Assembly (NCBI GenBank): GCA_052034975.1
Contig: JBPOIA010000010.1
Location: 12,957 to 76,956 of the forward strand
Length of the DNA: 64,000 bases
DNA from: Candidatus Moraniibacteriota bacterium
GTDB lineage: Bacteria > Patescibacteriota > Minisyncoccia > Moranbacterales > UBA1568
Direction of reading: 5' to 3'
The notes below the pieces were generated by a model. It was given only the letters and a program-made list of their open reading frames with translations. It was not told where the DNA came from and ran no database searches. The translations under genes and the position numbers were made by a program. This document shows positions 1 to 9,796 of this stretch, piece by piece. Position 1 is the stretch's first letter. The number at the start of each line of letters is the position of its first letter.

Positions 1-2
1 CG

Positions 3-194
3 GTACCGGAAGAAGCGGAAGCATCCTTGCCGATGCCCGAGGAAGTGGAAGAAGCCCTGGAAGAGATCTCTTTTCCGTCGCGTGGCGAACACGAGATCGT
101 GAAAGCGCCGATCATTCTGGCGCCCCGATACGACGAGCCGACGGTCGAAGAATACAAACGACGGTTGAACGAACTTCTTTCCGGCGGGAAATAA
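3..194 (+). CDS. 3' end of hypothetical protein (partial, runs in from the left edge)
   Basis: Open frame from position 3 ending ...EPTVEEYKRRLNELLSGGK-TAA(192-194), 10 nt before the next ATG. Confidence 0.6.
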   Translation, partial: VPEEAEASLPMPEEVEEALEEISFPSRGEHEIVKAPIILAPRYDEPTVEEYKRRLNELLSGGK

Positions 195-204
195 CCATAC
201 CGGT

Positions 205-1575
205 ATGAAAAAATACTCTGCGAAATTTTGGATCGTGTTCGTTCTCGTCTCGGCAGTCTTCCTGTCCGGGTGGTTTCTCTATTGGGAAGTCAAAAACCAG
301 GGACTGTCGAGTCTGACCGGTTTGTCCGGCGGGCTTCCGGTATCGGAAGAGACGAAGACGGACTTCGCGACCATACTCACGCTTGCGGAGAGTCTTCTTG
401 ATACCGACGGAAAAGAAAAGATATTTCTTATCCTGTTTCAAAACAACCTCGAGTTGCGTCCGGGCGGCGGATTCATTGGGAGCTTCGGTATTCTGAAAGT
501 TCGCGACGGGAAACTGACGCATTTCGCGGTACACGACACTGGCAATTTCGACGGCCGGATTCCCGATACCGTCGAACCGCCGTACCCGATGAAAGAAACC
601 CTCAAAATCAATTCGTGGAAATTGCGCGATTCGAATTATGCTCCGGATTTTTCGGAAAACGCGCGACAGGCGGAAACATTCTATCGGATGGGTGACGGCA
701 CCGAGATGTTCGACGGCGTGGTGGCCGTGACGGCGAACGTACTCACGTCGTTTCTTCGGGTTATCGGTCCGGTATCGATCGACGGATTTCCGGGTACGTA
801 CGGAGAAGAGAACGCGATCATCGATCTCGAATATCAGGTGGAACAGGGGTATCGCGACCAGGCGATCGCGTTTGGCGAGCGCAAATCCGTGATGGGACTT
901 TTGGGACAAGAAATTCTCCGTCGTGCCGAAGCGCTCCCACTATCGAAAAAATACGAACTCTTCCGCACCGTGCTCGAAGATTTGCATCAAAAAGATATTC
1001 AGATTCTTTTGAAGGACGAGCGATTGCAGGAAAGCGTTCGGGCGGCCGGTTGGGACGGAGGATTTGATGGTGCCTGGCGCGACGATTTCCTCTTTCTCGT
1101 CGATGCGAACCTAAACTCGTTCAAGAGCGATTATTTTATGGAGCGCTCGTATGCCTATGCGGTCGATCTTTCCGCGGAATCGCCGAAAGCGACGCTTACG
1201 GTGACGTATAAAAACACCGCGCCGGCTCGCGACTGGTTTGCCAAGGATTACCAGACGTTTCTGCGTGTCTATGTGCCGAAAGGCGGGTATCTCTATCGTG
1301 TCGATGGTGCGGCGAAAGACCCGATGTATGGTGAGTTTTTTGGCAAAAAATATTTCGGAGTATTGGTGCAGGTACCGATTCTGTCCGAAAAGACCGTGAC
1401 GTTCGAATATGCCTTGCCGAAAGATTGGCGAAACGATTGGTACGATCTCAAAATCCAAAAACAGCCGGGAATGCCGGCGGTGCCGGTCTCGGTATCGGTA
1501 ACGAAGAAGGACGGTACGAAAGAGACGAAGTCATTCGCGCTTGACCGCGATATCGTGCTCGGCGAGCTCGAATAA
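205..1575 (+). CDS. DUF4012-family membrane-anchored protein
   Basis: N-terminal TM helix; LILFQNNLELRPGGGFIGSFG, LRDSNYAPDF and QKQPG motifs typical of DUF4012 proteins. Confidence 0.8.
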   Translation: MKKYSAKFWIVFVLVSAVFLSGWFLYWEVKNQGLSSLTGLSGGLPVSEETKTDFATILTLAESLLDTDGKEKIFLILFQNNLELRPGGGFIGSFGILKVRDGKLTHFAVHDTGNFDGRIPDTVEPPYPMKETLKINSWKLRDSNYAPDFSENARQAETFYRMGDGTEMFDGVVAVTANVLTSFLRVIGPVSIDGFPGTYGEENAIIDLEYQVEQGYRDQAIAFGERKSVMGLLGQEILRRAEALPLSKKYELFRTVLEDLHQKDIQILLKDERLQESVRAAGWDGGFDGAWRDDFLFLVDANLNSFKSDYFMERSYAYAVDLSAESPKATLTVTYKNTAPARDWFAKDYQTFLRVYVPKGGYLYRVDGAAKDPMYGEFFGKKYFGVLVQVPILSEKTVTFEYALPKDWRNDWYDLKIQKQPGMPAVPVSVSVTKKDGTKETKSFALDRDIVLGELE

Positions 1576-1687
1576 GAATTGCCCTTCCGGAAACGAGAAT
1601 GTTTCCGGGTGGAGGACAAGGAGCGTGCCTATGTGCCGCACGTTCCTTTTCCTCTGCCGAGGTGTGAGTTTCTTTCATCCCATTCAG

Positions 1688-1728
1688 CCGCTGCTACGGC
1701 AATATTCGTAGCGGCGGTTTTGCTTTTT
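1688..1728 (+). terminator. Intrinsic terminator
   Basis: CCGCTGCTACG/CGTAGCGGCGG 11-bp stem followed by TTTTGCTTTTT. Confidence 0.65.
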
Positions 1729-1762
1729 CCAAGCGGTTTTCGTGTGGTATACTAAAAAAACC

Positions 1763-1939
1763 ACTCTTCATTAAAAATTCTTTTTTCTCCTGTCGTTCCG
1801 TCGAACATTTCCGACTCGCTCTGCCGAACGGTGAGCTGTCCTGTCGAAACCGTCCAGTCACACTCGACCGTTATCGGATCGCTCGTCGCAAATGCGACCG
1901 TCGTCACTCTACGGAGAAAAAAGAATTTTTAAGAAGAGT
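1763..1939. repeat. 27-bp inverted repeat enclosing 122 nt (candidate ncRNA or MITE-like element)
   Basis: TTAAAAATTCTTTTTTCTCC (1771-1790) is the exact reverse complement of 1913-1932; ACTCTTC/GAAGAGT extends it. Confidence 0.75.
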
Positions 1940-1955
1940 TTGTTACATCTTTTTT

Positions 1956-2630
1956 ATGCGGTTCGATATCATATCCATCTTTCCTGAGAGTTTTACATCG
2001 TATTTCGGCGTGTCGATTTTGAAGCGCGCGCAAGAAGACAGACTCATCGAAATACATACGCACAATGTACGCGATTATGCGTATGATAAACACAAAACGG
2101 TCGATGATACTCCGTATGGCGGTGGGGCGGGGATGGTGCTCAAGCCCGAGCCGCTTGCGGAGGCGATCGAAGATGTGAGGAATAAAACCGGCGGCCGGAC
2201 GAGGATTATCGTGTTTTCGGCCAAAGGAAAACCGTACGCACAGGAAGATGCCAGGCGACTCGCAGCGGAATATGATCGGCTCATCCTCGTTTGCGGGCGC
2301 TATGAGGGTATCGACGAGCGCGTCGTCGAGCTTTTTGCGGACGAGGAATTCTCGATCGGCGAATATGTGCTCACGGGCGGGGAGATTCCCGCGATGATCG
2401 TCGTCGATTCGGTGGCGCGGCTTCTTCCGGGAGTGTTAGGAAACGAAATCAGTGCCGAAACCGAATCGCACACGGAAGAAGGAGTGGTCGAATATCCGCA
2501 GTACACCAAGCCCGAGGAATTCCGCGGCGCGCGCGTGCCGGAGGTGCTCCTTTCCGGCCATCATAAGCGTATCGAAGAGTGGAGGAAAGAAGAAACGAAA
2601 CGGCAAAGCGAGCGAAGGAAAAAATCTTAA
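1956..2630 (+). CDS. trmD: tRNA (guanine37-N1)-methyltransferase
   Basis: VDDTPYGGGAGMVLK, CGRYEGIDER, SIGEYVLTGGE, YPQYTKP motifs. Confidence 0.98.
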   Translation: MRFDIISIFPESFTSYFGVSILKRAQEDRLIEIHTHNVRDYAYDKHKTVDDTPYGGGAGMVLKPEPLAEAIEDVRNKTGGRTRIIVFSAKGKPYAQEDARRLAAEYDRLILVCGRYEGIDERVVELFADEEFSIGEYVLTGGEIPAMIVVDSVARLLPGVLGNEISAETESHTEEGVVEYPQYTKPEEFRGARVPEVLLSGHHKRIEEWRKEETKRQSERRKKS

Positions 2631-2710
2631 ACAGAGAAAGAAAATCGAGATATAAAAAATCTCTAATATGTAGAGGGCGCGATTTTGATAGTAGATCTTA
2701 AAAGAGAGAA

Positions 2711-4471
2711 ATGAAGGAGTATTTTCAAGATATTACAACCAAAAAAGCGATTTTGATTATTCTCGCTATCGGAGCTGTTGTTTTTTCAAACACGTTAGTT
2801 AATGGTTTTGTGGGAGATGATAATAGCCAGATTGTTTATAATAATTCAATCCGTTCTTTTTTTGATGTCAGCGCATATTTTAAGGGAAACTTTTATTCCG
2901 TAGGAGAGAATTTTAATACGGTAAATTATTATAGGCCGCTTATGTATGTGGCCTATACTTTTATTGGAGAAATATTTGGATTGAGTCCATTTTTCTTTCA
3001 TTTATTCGTTGCTGGTTTACATATCACAAATGCCGTTCTTCTTTTTCTTTTTCTGAGAAGATTCATATTGAATCAAGGAGTCGTGCTTATTATGGCGCTC
3101 ATTTTTTTGGTTCATCCGATGAATGGGGAGGTGGCAGTATATGTAGCCAACATCCAAGATTCTCTTTTTTTCTTTTTTGGTCTGTTGGCATTGCTTAAAA
3201 TTTCTCAGAAAGAGAATCTTACGATTGTACGCCTTGTTGGCGTTCATTTTCTTCTTCTCGGGTCACTTCTCTCCAAAGAAACAGGCGTAGTTTTTCTTCT
3301 TCTTGTGCCGCTTTGCAGTTTTCTTTTTGACAAGAAAGAATTTGTGAAATTGAGTATCGTGAGCCTAGCGGTGAGCCTCGAATATATATTGCTTCGTTTT
3401 GTTGTAGCAGATTTCTTTCTTTCAAAATCAATGGTAGCCATTTCTCCTATGATCAACTTTTCTCTAGGGGAGAGGATTCTGCATATTCCGGCAATTTTGT
3501 TGTACTATTTGAAGACTTTTATCTGGCCATTGAAATTGGCTATTTTTCAGGTTTGGACTATACAGCAGATCGATTTCTATAATTTCTATTTCCCATTAGG
3601 AATAGTAACCATCTTTTTTGGTTGGATGTTTCTTTTGGGTAAGGGGATATACGCAAGTCATGGAAGAGAAGTGTTTTCTATTTATATCTTTTTCGTTGTC
3701 TGGTTTATTCTGGGACTGATACCACACATTCAGTTTTTTCCAATAGATGGTACGGTAGCTGATCGCTGGTTTTATCTTTCAAGTGTGGGACTGTTGGTTA
3801 TTCTTATTTTCGCTTATTATGAGTACGCAAAAACAGAGAGGATAAAAAATATAGCAATAGCGTTTTCTTTATTGGCTGTAATGTTTTATGGCGCACGGAC
3901 TATTGAAAGAAACATGGATTGGAAAGACGATATCACGCTTACATCGCATGATGTAATGATTAATCCCGATTCATACATACTTAACTCAGCTTACGGATCT
4001 ATTTTGCAGTCACGTAAAGAGTACGGCAAGGCGCAGTCATTTTTAGAAAAGGCAGTACAAAGCCGTTCAGATGTGGTGGCATACAGAATGTTACTCGGTG
4101 TTAACTTGAACAAGTTGGGTCGGTTAGAAGAAGCAAAAAAACAGTATTTTGAGGCTGACAAAATAGCTCCCGAGAGTTCTATTGCGGCATCCTATTACTC
4201 CTCTAGCTTGCTTTCTCAGGGAAAGTATGATGAGGCAGAGGCGTACGCCAACCTGGTGTTTAGCAGACAGGATGTGAATGACCCTTACTCGCCTATGATT
4301 TTAGCTGTTCTTGAATATCGCAAGGGGAACAGCGATAAGGCTATCGATTTACTTATGCAGTCTGCTAATGAGAGTCCAAAATTATTGGCCAAAGACTTAT
4401 TCTGGAAGATAAAGAAAAACGAATCTATACCAGATGGATATATTTTAGAAAAACTACTCGAAATTTACTAA
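2711..4471 (+). CDS. TMTC-like GT-C membrane glycosyltransferase with C-terminal TPRs
   Basis: Multi-TM N-region with FVGDD, YYRPL, HPMNGEV, SKETG, ADRWFYL, RNMDW motifs followed by TPR-like helices; visibly AT-richer than the flanks. Confidence 0.75.
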   Translation: MKEYFQDITTKKAILIILAIGAVVFSNTLVNGFVGDDNSQIVYNNSIRSFFDVSAYFKGNFYSVGENFNTVNYYRPLMYVAYTFIGEIFGLSPFFFHLFVAGLHITNAVLLFLFLRRFILNQGVVLIMALIFLVHPMNGEVAVYVANIQDSLFFFFGLLALLKISQKENLTIVRLVGVHFLLLGSLLSKETGVVFLLLVPLCSFLFDKKEFVKLSIVSLAVSLEYILLRFVVADFFLSKSMVAISPMINFSLGERILHIPAILLYYLKTFIWPLKLAIFQVWTIQQIDFYNFYFPLGIVTIFFGWMFLLGKGIYASHGREVFSIYIFFVVWFILGLIPHIQFFPIDGTVADRWFYLSSVGLLVILIFAYYEYAKTERIKNIAIAFSLLAVMFYGARTIERNMDWKDDITLTSHDVMINPDSYILNSAYGSILQSRKEYGKAQSFLEKAVQSRSDVVAYRMLLGVNLNKLGRLEEAKKQYFEADKIAPESSIAASYYSSSLLSQGKYDEAEAYANLVFSRQDVNDPYSPMILAVLEYRKGNSDKAIDLLMQSANESPKLLAKDLFWKIKKNESIPDGYILEKLLEIY

Positions 4472-4608
4472 GCATTCTTCTTAAGATGTGTTACCATTTC
4501 ACCATCCAGGTGGTTGATGCCGCCATTATGACTGATAGCAAGGTATACGTTTGGAAATGAGAGTTTGTTCTCATTTTGTTCACTTCGCTTGGTAATAAAA
4601 ACAGAATA

Positions 4609-5724
4609 ATGAATAAGCCTCAGTCATATAAATCCATCGATCGCCCACTGTTGATAGCCATTCTTGCACTGCTTGGCATCGGGCTTATGATGATCGCGTC
4701 GGCAGGTGTCGTGTATGGGCAGGTGCGTTTCGGCGATGGATATTATTTCTTCAAGCAGCAGCTCCTTGGCCTCGGTGTCGGGCTCGTGTTTTTGTACGTG
4801 TTTCAAAGGATCGATTACCGTGTCTGGCAGCGATTCGTGGTGCCGATTTTCTTTGTCGCGCTTGGCCTTCTCGTTCTCGTGTTCATTCCGGGATTTGGGA
4901 CGACGGTGTATGGGGCGGCGCGTTGGGTGGAGATCGGCCCGGTCTCTTTCCAGCCTTCCGAGGTGATGAAGCTTGCCATCATCCTCTATCTCGCCGCGTG
5001 GCTATCAAGCAAAGGGCGTGCCAGAACGGCTGATTTTTTCGAGGGATTCGTGCCGTTCTTGGCACTCCTTTCCTTGGTTGGCTTCCTTATCATCAAACAG
5101 CCGGATACCGGAACGCTCGGGCTCATTTTTCTTATCGCGCTTTCGATGTATTTCGCGTCGGGCGCGAATCTCGCGCATATCTTTTCGCTTTTTTTTGGAG
5201 GACTTCTCTTTCTCGCACTTCTCATCAAGATGGCACCGTACCGTTTGCAGCGCTTCTTGGTGTATATCAATCCGGAGCACGATCCGCAAGGCTTCGGCTA
5301 CCAGATGACGCAGGCCTTGCTCGCGATCGGATCGGGAGGAATCTTTGGTGTCGGGCTTGGGCACAGCCGGCAGAAATTCAACTATCTTCCCGAACCGGTG
5401 ACGGATTCCATTTTTGCCGTTCTCGGAGAAGAATTCGGCCTGATCGGAACGATTGTCGTCGTTTTACTCTTCCTTTTTGTCGCGTGGCGGGGACTTCGGA
5501 TCGCATCGTACGCGCCGGAGAGTTTCGGTCGGTTTGTGGCCATCGGCATCACGTCGTGGATCGTGTTTCAGGCGTTCATCAATATCTCCGCGATCACGGG
5601 CCTCATCCCGCTTACGGGCATCCCGCTGCCGCTTATTAGCTACGGGGGTACGTCGCTCGCGGGTCTCTTGGCGGCGATCGGAATCTTGCTCAACGTTTCC
5701 AAACATTCTACACTGAAAGCATAA
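4609..5724 (+). CDS. ftsW: SEDS peptidoglycan polymerase FtsW
   Basis: GAARW, FQPSE, QPDTGT, LPEPVTDSIFAVLGEEFG, PLTGIPLPLISYGG; upstream of murG. Confidence 0.95.
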   Translation: MNKPQSYKSIDRPLLIAILALLGIGLMMIASAGVVYGQVRFGDGYYFFKQQLLGLGVGLVFLYVFQRIDYRVWQRFVVPIFFVALGLLVLVFIPGFGTTVYGAARWVEIGPVSFQPSEVMKLAIILYLAAWLSSKGRARTADFFEGFVPFLALLSLVGFLIIKQPDTGTLGLIFLIALSMYFASGANLAHIFSLFFGGLLFLALLIKMAPYRLQRFLVYINPEHDPQGFGYQMTQALLAIGSGGIFGVGLGHSRQKFNYLPEPVTDSIFAVLGEEFGLIGTIVVVLLFLFVAWRGLRIASYAPESFGRFVAIGITSWIVFQAFINISAITGLIPLTGIPLPLISYGGTSLAGLLAAIGILLNVSKHSTLKA

Positions 5725-5744
5725 TCAATCCTGAGCGAAAAGCT

Positions 5745-6878
5745 ATGGCTGACGTGCCACGAGTGGTTTTGACGGGCGGTCTTTCCGGCGGACACACGTT
5801 TCCGCTCATTGCGGTGGCGCGAGCACTCCGTTCGGAGTTTCCGCAGGGAATAGAGTTTTTGTTCATCGGGTCGCGCGGACGGTTCGAGGATGCGTCGATG
5901 GCCGAAGAGAGTATCCCGGTAAAATATGTTCTGACCGGCAAATGGCGACGGTATTTCTCGCTGCTCAATATCATCGATCCGTTCAAGATCCCGATCGGTT
6001 TCGTGCAGGCGCTTTGGCATATGCTGTTCTTTATGCCGGAGGTGATCTTCGCCAAAGGTGGGGCGGCTTCGGTGCCGGTGGTAGTGGCCGCGTGGTTGTA
6101 TCGCATTCCGGTTGTCATCCACGATTCCGATGCGGTAGCCGGTCGGGCCAATCGTTTCCTTTCGCGGTTCGCACGGCGTATCGCGATCGCGTATCCGGGT
6201 GCGCGCGAGTATTTTCCGGCCGAAAAGACCGCGCTCACGGGTAATCCGGTGCGGACGGAAATCTTAAGCGGCGATGCTGCTCGTGCCTTCTCTCGATATG
6301 GGTTTTCTGCCGAGAAATCGACGCTTCTTGTCATTGGCGGGAGCCAGGGGGCGATGATTCTGAACGAAGCTTTGCTCCGCGTCTTACCGAGCCTGCTGGA
6401 AAGGAACATCCAGGTGATCCATCAGACGGGAAGCGACCATTATGAATCCATCAAGGAGGCGGTGGAAAAGTACGGGATCGCCATCGGAACGAGCGGGTAT
6501 GTGCCGGTACCATTCTTGCCGGCGGGCGAATTAGCTGACGCGCTCTCGGCCGCGATGATTGTCATCTCGCGGGCCGGTGCCGGTTCCATCGCCGAAATTG
6601 CCGCTACGAAGAAACCCGCCATCCTCATTCCGCTTGCGAGCGCCGCGAATGACGAGCAACGAATGAACGCGTACGATATTGCCGGCATCGGTGGTGCACT
6701 CGTGATTGAGGAAGCCAATCTTGGGAAAAATATGCTTTTCGAGAAGATCGTCGAGCTCATCGATCAGCCGGGAACTCGCGTCTCTATGAGCGAGAAGATC
6801 GGTGCTTTCTACCATCCTGACGCTGCACAGGCGATCGCAGAGAGTCTGGCGACGCTTATTCGGGAACGTCGATCCTGA
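5745..6878 (+). CDS. murG: Undecaprenyl-PP-MurNAc-pentapeptide GlcNAc transferase
   Basis: TGGLSGGHTFP, TGNPVR, GGSQGA, SRAGAGS motifs. Confidence 0.95.
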   Translation: MADVPRVVLTGGLSGGHTFPLIAVARALRSEFPQGIEFLFIGSRGRFEDASMAEESIPVKYVLTGKWRRYFSLLNIIDPFKIPIGFVQALWHMLFFMPEVIFAKGGAASVPVVVAAWLYRIPVVIHDSDAVAGRANRFLSRFARRIAIAYPGAREYFPAEKTALTGNPVRTEILSGDAARAFSRYGFSAEKSTLLVIGGSQGAMILNEALLRVLPSLLERNIQVIHQTGSDHYESIKEAVEKYGIAIGTSGYVPVPFLPAGELADALSAAMIVISRAGAGSIAEIAATKKPAILIPLASAANDEQRMNAYDIAGIGGALVIEEANLGKNMLFEKIVELIDQPGTRVSMSEKIGAFYHPDAAQAIAESLATLIRERRS

Positions 6879-6887
6879 AAGATCCAT

Positions 6888-8303
6888 ATGCAGATATCGC
6901 GCCTTTCTCAGTTCAAGAATATCCATATGATCGGCGTGAAGGGCGCCGGAATGACAGCGTTGGCCGAACTTTTGTCGAAACAAGGCGTGACGATCACTGG
7001 TTCGGATACGGGCGAAGTCTTTTTTACGGACGGCATACTGAAGAAGCTCGGGATTCTTTTTGCCGAGCGGTTCGCGCCGGAGAATATCCCAAACAATGCC
7101 GATGCGATCGTGTATTCGACGGCGTATTCGCGTGAGAAGAATTCGGAATTGGCCGCCGCATTTGAAAAGGATATTCCGGTGCTGAGCTATCCGCAGGCGC
7201 TCGGGATGCTTACGCGAGAAAAGCTTACACTTGCGGTGTGCGGTACGCACGGCAAGACGACGACATCGGCGCTTTTGGCCGAGACACTCCGTCACACCGG
7301 TCTTAATCCGTCGGCGATCGTCGGGAGTCGGATTCTCCAGTGGGAAGGAAATGCGCTTCTCGGCAGCGGGGAATATCTCGTGCTTGAAGCCGATGAATAT
7401 CAGAACAAGCTGGCCGAATATTTGCCGTTCGGAGTGATCCTGACAAGCGCTGATTGGGATCATCCGGATTTCTTTCCCGATCGCGAGAGCTATCTGTCAG
7501 TTTTCCGCGAATTCGTCGCCCGTATCCCGAAACACGGCGTGCTCGTCTACTGCAACGATTCGGCGGACGTGGTACACATCGCCGAAGCAGCACACTGTCA
7601 GAAAATTTCGTACGGCTTTCTTGCCGGAGCGGATGTTTTGATAGGCGAGTATCAGGCGGAAAAAATGGGTTTTGTCGGAGAGCACGATGCGTTCAAACAA
7701 TCATTTTCTGTCGCGATTCGCGGTGAAGACAAGGGTCGGTTTCGTCTGCGGTTGGCCGGCGAGCATAACGCAGAGAATGCCGCCGCCGTGATTGCGCTCA
7801 CGGTGTTTCTGAAGCAGGATATCGAGCGTGTCCGCCGCGGACTGGAGAAGTTTTCTGGGACCGAGCGGCGTTTCGAATTGATTGGCGAGCGATATGGCAC
7901 GCTCATCTACGACGATTACGCGCATCATCCGGAAGAGATCCGCGCGACACTCAAAGCATTTCGCGACCTTTATCCAAAGCGCAGGCTCCGGGTGGTATTT
8001 CATCCACATACCTTCACCCGCACCAAAACGTTTCTCGAAGAATTCTCGCAGAGCTTTGATCTGGCAGATGAAGTGTATGTGCTCGATATCTACGGTAGCG
8101 CGCGCGAAGAGCACGGCGGCGTGTCTTCGGAAGACCTGGTGAGAGAGATCAACCGGTTCGCTCCCGGCAAAGCCGAGTATGTTCCGGACAAAGAGGCGCT
8201 TGTCGGACGATTCGAGGAGACAATGGGACGGCAAGATGTTATCATAACGCTGGGTGCGGGAAATGTGTGGGAGCTTTCCCATACGCTCGCGAAGAAGCGA
8301 TAA
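6888..8303 (+). CDS. murC: UDP-N-acetylmuramate--L-alanine ligase
   Basis: HMIGVKGAGM, GTHGKTTTS, EADEY, DDYAHHPEE, FHPHTFTRT. Confidence 0.95.
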   Translation: MQISRLSQFKNIHMIGVKGAGMTALAELLSKQGVTITGSDTGEVFFTDGILKKLGILFAERFAPENIPNNADAIVYSTAYSREKNSELAAAFEKDIPVLSYPQALGMLTREKLTLAVCGTHGKTTTSALLAETLRHTGLNPSAIVGSRILQWEGNALLGSGEYLVLEADEYQNKLAEYLPFGVILTSADWDHPDFFPDRESYLSVFREFVARIPKHGVLVYCNDSADVVHIAEAAHCQKISYGFLAGADVLIGEYQAEKMGFVGEHDAFKQSFSVAIRGEDKGRFRLRLAGEHNAENAAAVIALTVFLKQDIERVRRGLEKFSGTERRFELIGERYGTLIYDDYAHHPEEIRATLKAFRDLYPKRRLRVVFHPHTFTRTKTFLEEFSQSFDLADEVYVLDIYGSAREEHGGVSSEDLVREINRFAPGKAEYVPDKEALVGRFEETMGRQDVIITLGAGNVWELSHTLAKKR

Positions 8304-8330
8304 CGAACAAGAGAAAATCAAAAGAAAAAT

Positions 8331-9260
8331 ATGTTTCACGTGAGGAGGAACGTGCCGCTTGCGCCGATGACGACGTTTCGGATCGGCGGGAAAGCGGATT
8401 ATTTTGCGGAAGTATCCGGTGCACTTGACCTTGCCGAAGCGCTTGAATACGCGGGAACGAACAAATTGCCGGTGTACGTGTTTGGCGGCGGCAGCAACAT
8501 CTTGTTTTCTGATCGGGGCTTTGCCGGAATAGTGATCCGTATCGTTGATGGCGGCGTGCAAGTAGCTCACGGACGCATCCTTGCGGGGGCGGGCGTGCCG
8601 CTCGCGTCGGTGGTGACAGCTGCTCAGGAAGCCGGACTGGCTGGCATCGAGAATCTCGCAGGCATTCCGGGGTCATTCGGCGGTGCGGTACGCGGCAATG
8701 CCGGCGCATTCGGAACGGAGATCGGTGAACGTATCGCGTCGGTCAAGGTGCTTACGCGCGATACCGGAATGGTGAAAGAATACAGGCAGGACGCGTGTGG
8801 ATTCTCTTATCGCACGAGCGTTTTTAAACAGGATCCTGAGCTCATCATTGTTTCGGCGGAATTGAAACTCATTCCGGGCGATCAAGAGACGATCCGTCGT
8901 GCCGCTCGGGAAATTCTTCGGAAGCGCGAAGCGAAGCAAAAACAGGACGCAAAGTGCGCCGGGTCGTTCTTTATGAATCCGGCTGTGAAGGACGAAACAT
9001 TGCGCCAGGAATTCGTGAAGGATACCGGGACGCAGCCGAAAGATGATCGTTTGCCGGCGGGGTGGCTCATCGATCACGCGGGGCTGCGCGGGAAGAAGGT
9101 CGGCGGCGCGATGGTGAGTATGGAGCATCCGAATTATATCGTGAACGCAGGCAACGCGACGGCGGAGGATGTCCTTATGCTCGCAAGTCTCATCAAGCAG
9201 CGCGTCCGAACGGAGCTTAGCGTTCAACTCAAAGAAGAGGTGCAACTTGTCGGATTTTAA
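8331..9260 (+). CDS. murB: UDP-N-acetylenolpyruvoylglucosamine reductase
   Basis: TTFRIGG, GGGSNIL, GIPGSFGGAVRGNAGAFG, AGSFFMNP. Confidence 0.96.
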   Translation: MFHVRRNVPLAPMTTFRIGGKADYFAEVSGALDLAEALEYAGTNKLPVYVFGGGSNILFSDRGFAGIVIRIVDGGVQVAHGRILAGAGVPLASVVTAAQEAGLAGIENLAGIPGSFGGAVRGNAGAFGTEIGERIASVKVLTRDTGMVKEYRQDACGFSYRTSVFKQDPELIIVSAELKLIPGDQETIRRAAREILRKREAKQKQDAKCAGSFFMNPAVKDETLRQEFVKDTGTQPKDDRLPAGWLIDHAGLRGKKVGGAMVSMEHPNYIVNAGNATAEDVLMLASLIKQRVRTELSVQLKEEVQLVGF

Positions 9261-9278
9261 GTGTGAGAGACAATAATT

Positions 9279-9306
9279 TAAAAAAGGCTTTTAAAAGCCT
9301 TTTTTT
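9279..9306 (+). terminator. Terminator after murB (bidirectional-looking)
   Basis: AAAAAAGGCTTTTAAAAGCCTTTTTT palindrome with T-tail. Confidence 0.7.
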
Positions 9307-9471
9307 GCTAAAAAACTTGACAATTTTTCACTGATTGCTATTTACTTTTCTTTATTTTTATGGTATAATGGTATTGTAGGAGGTGCCAAAAAATGACATC
9401 GACTATGACGGGGGACGAGGGCAAAAATCCTTGTCTTGTTCTTTTCAATCATTTTTCGGGAGGGAACAAGT

Positions 9472-9699
9472 ATGTGGTACCAAAGTCACGAAGAGCGGCA
9501 TAATGCCATCCGCGGCCTGCGCATCGAATGTGCGGGATGCAGTATGTTCGGGGATGGTGATCATATGACGGAGCACAGGGGCAAACGGTATCATCCGGAT
9601 TGCCTGCACCGTTTCGAGAAGGGAAGACGAGCGGCGGTTTTGGAACTCGTTCACCCCAAAGAAGATGCCGGCGTGATGCCGGAAAGGCAGGCGGCATGA
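9472..9699 (+). CDS. Small putative zinc-binding protein (C-x2-C-x17-H-x2-C)
   Basis: GGGAGG SD upstream of ATG 9472; CAGC...GKRYHPDC; upstream TGGTATAAT (9361-9369). Confidence 0.55.
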   Translation: MWYQSHEERHNAIRGLRIECAGCSMFGDGDHMTEHRGKRYHPDCLHRFEKGRRAAVLELVHPKEDAGVMPERQAA

Positions 9700-9796
9700 A
9701 GCCGATTCTGCGTACGGGAGAGAGACTGAATGTCTTTTCTCCCGTTTTCTTTTCCTATGATATACTTTTGGAAGGAGGATTTTTTTAAAAAAAACT

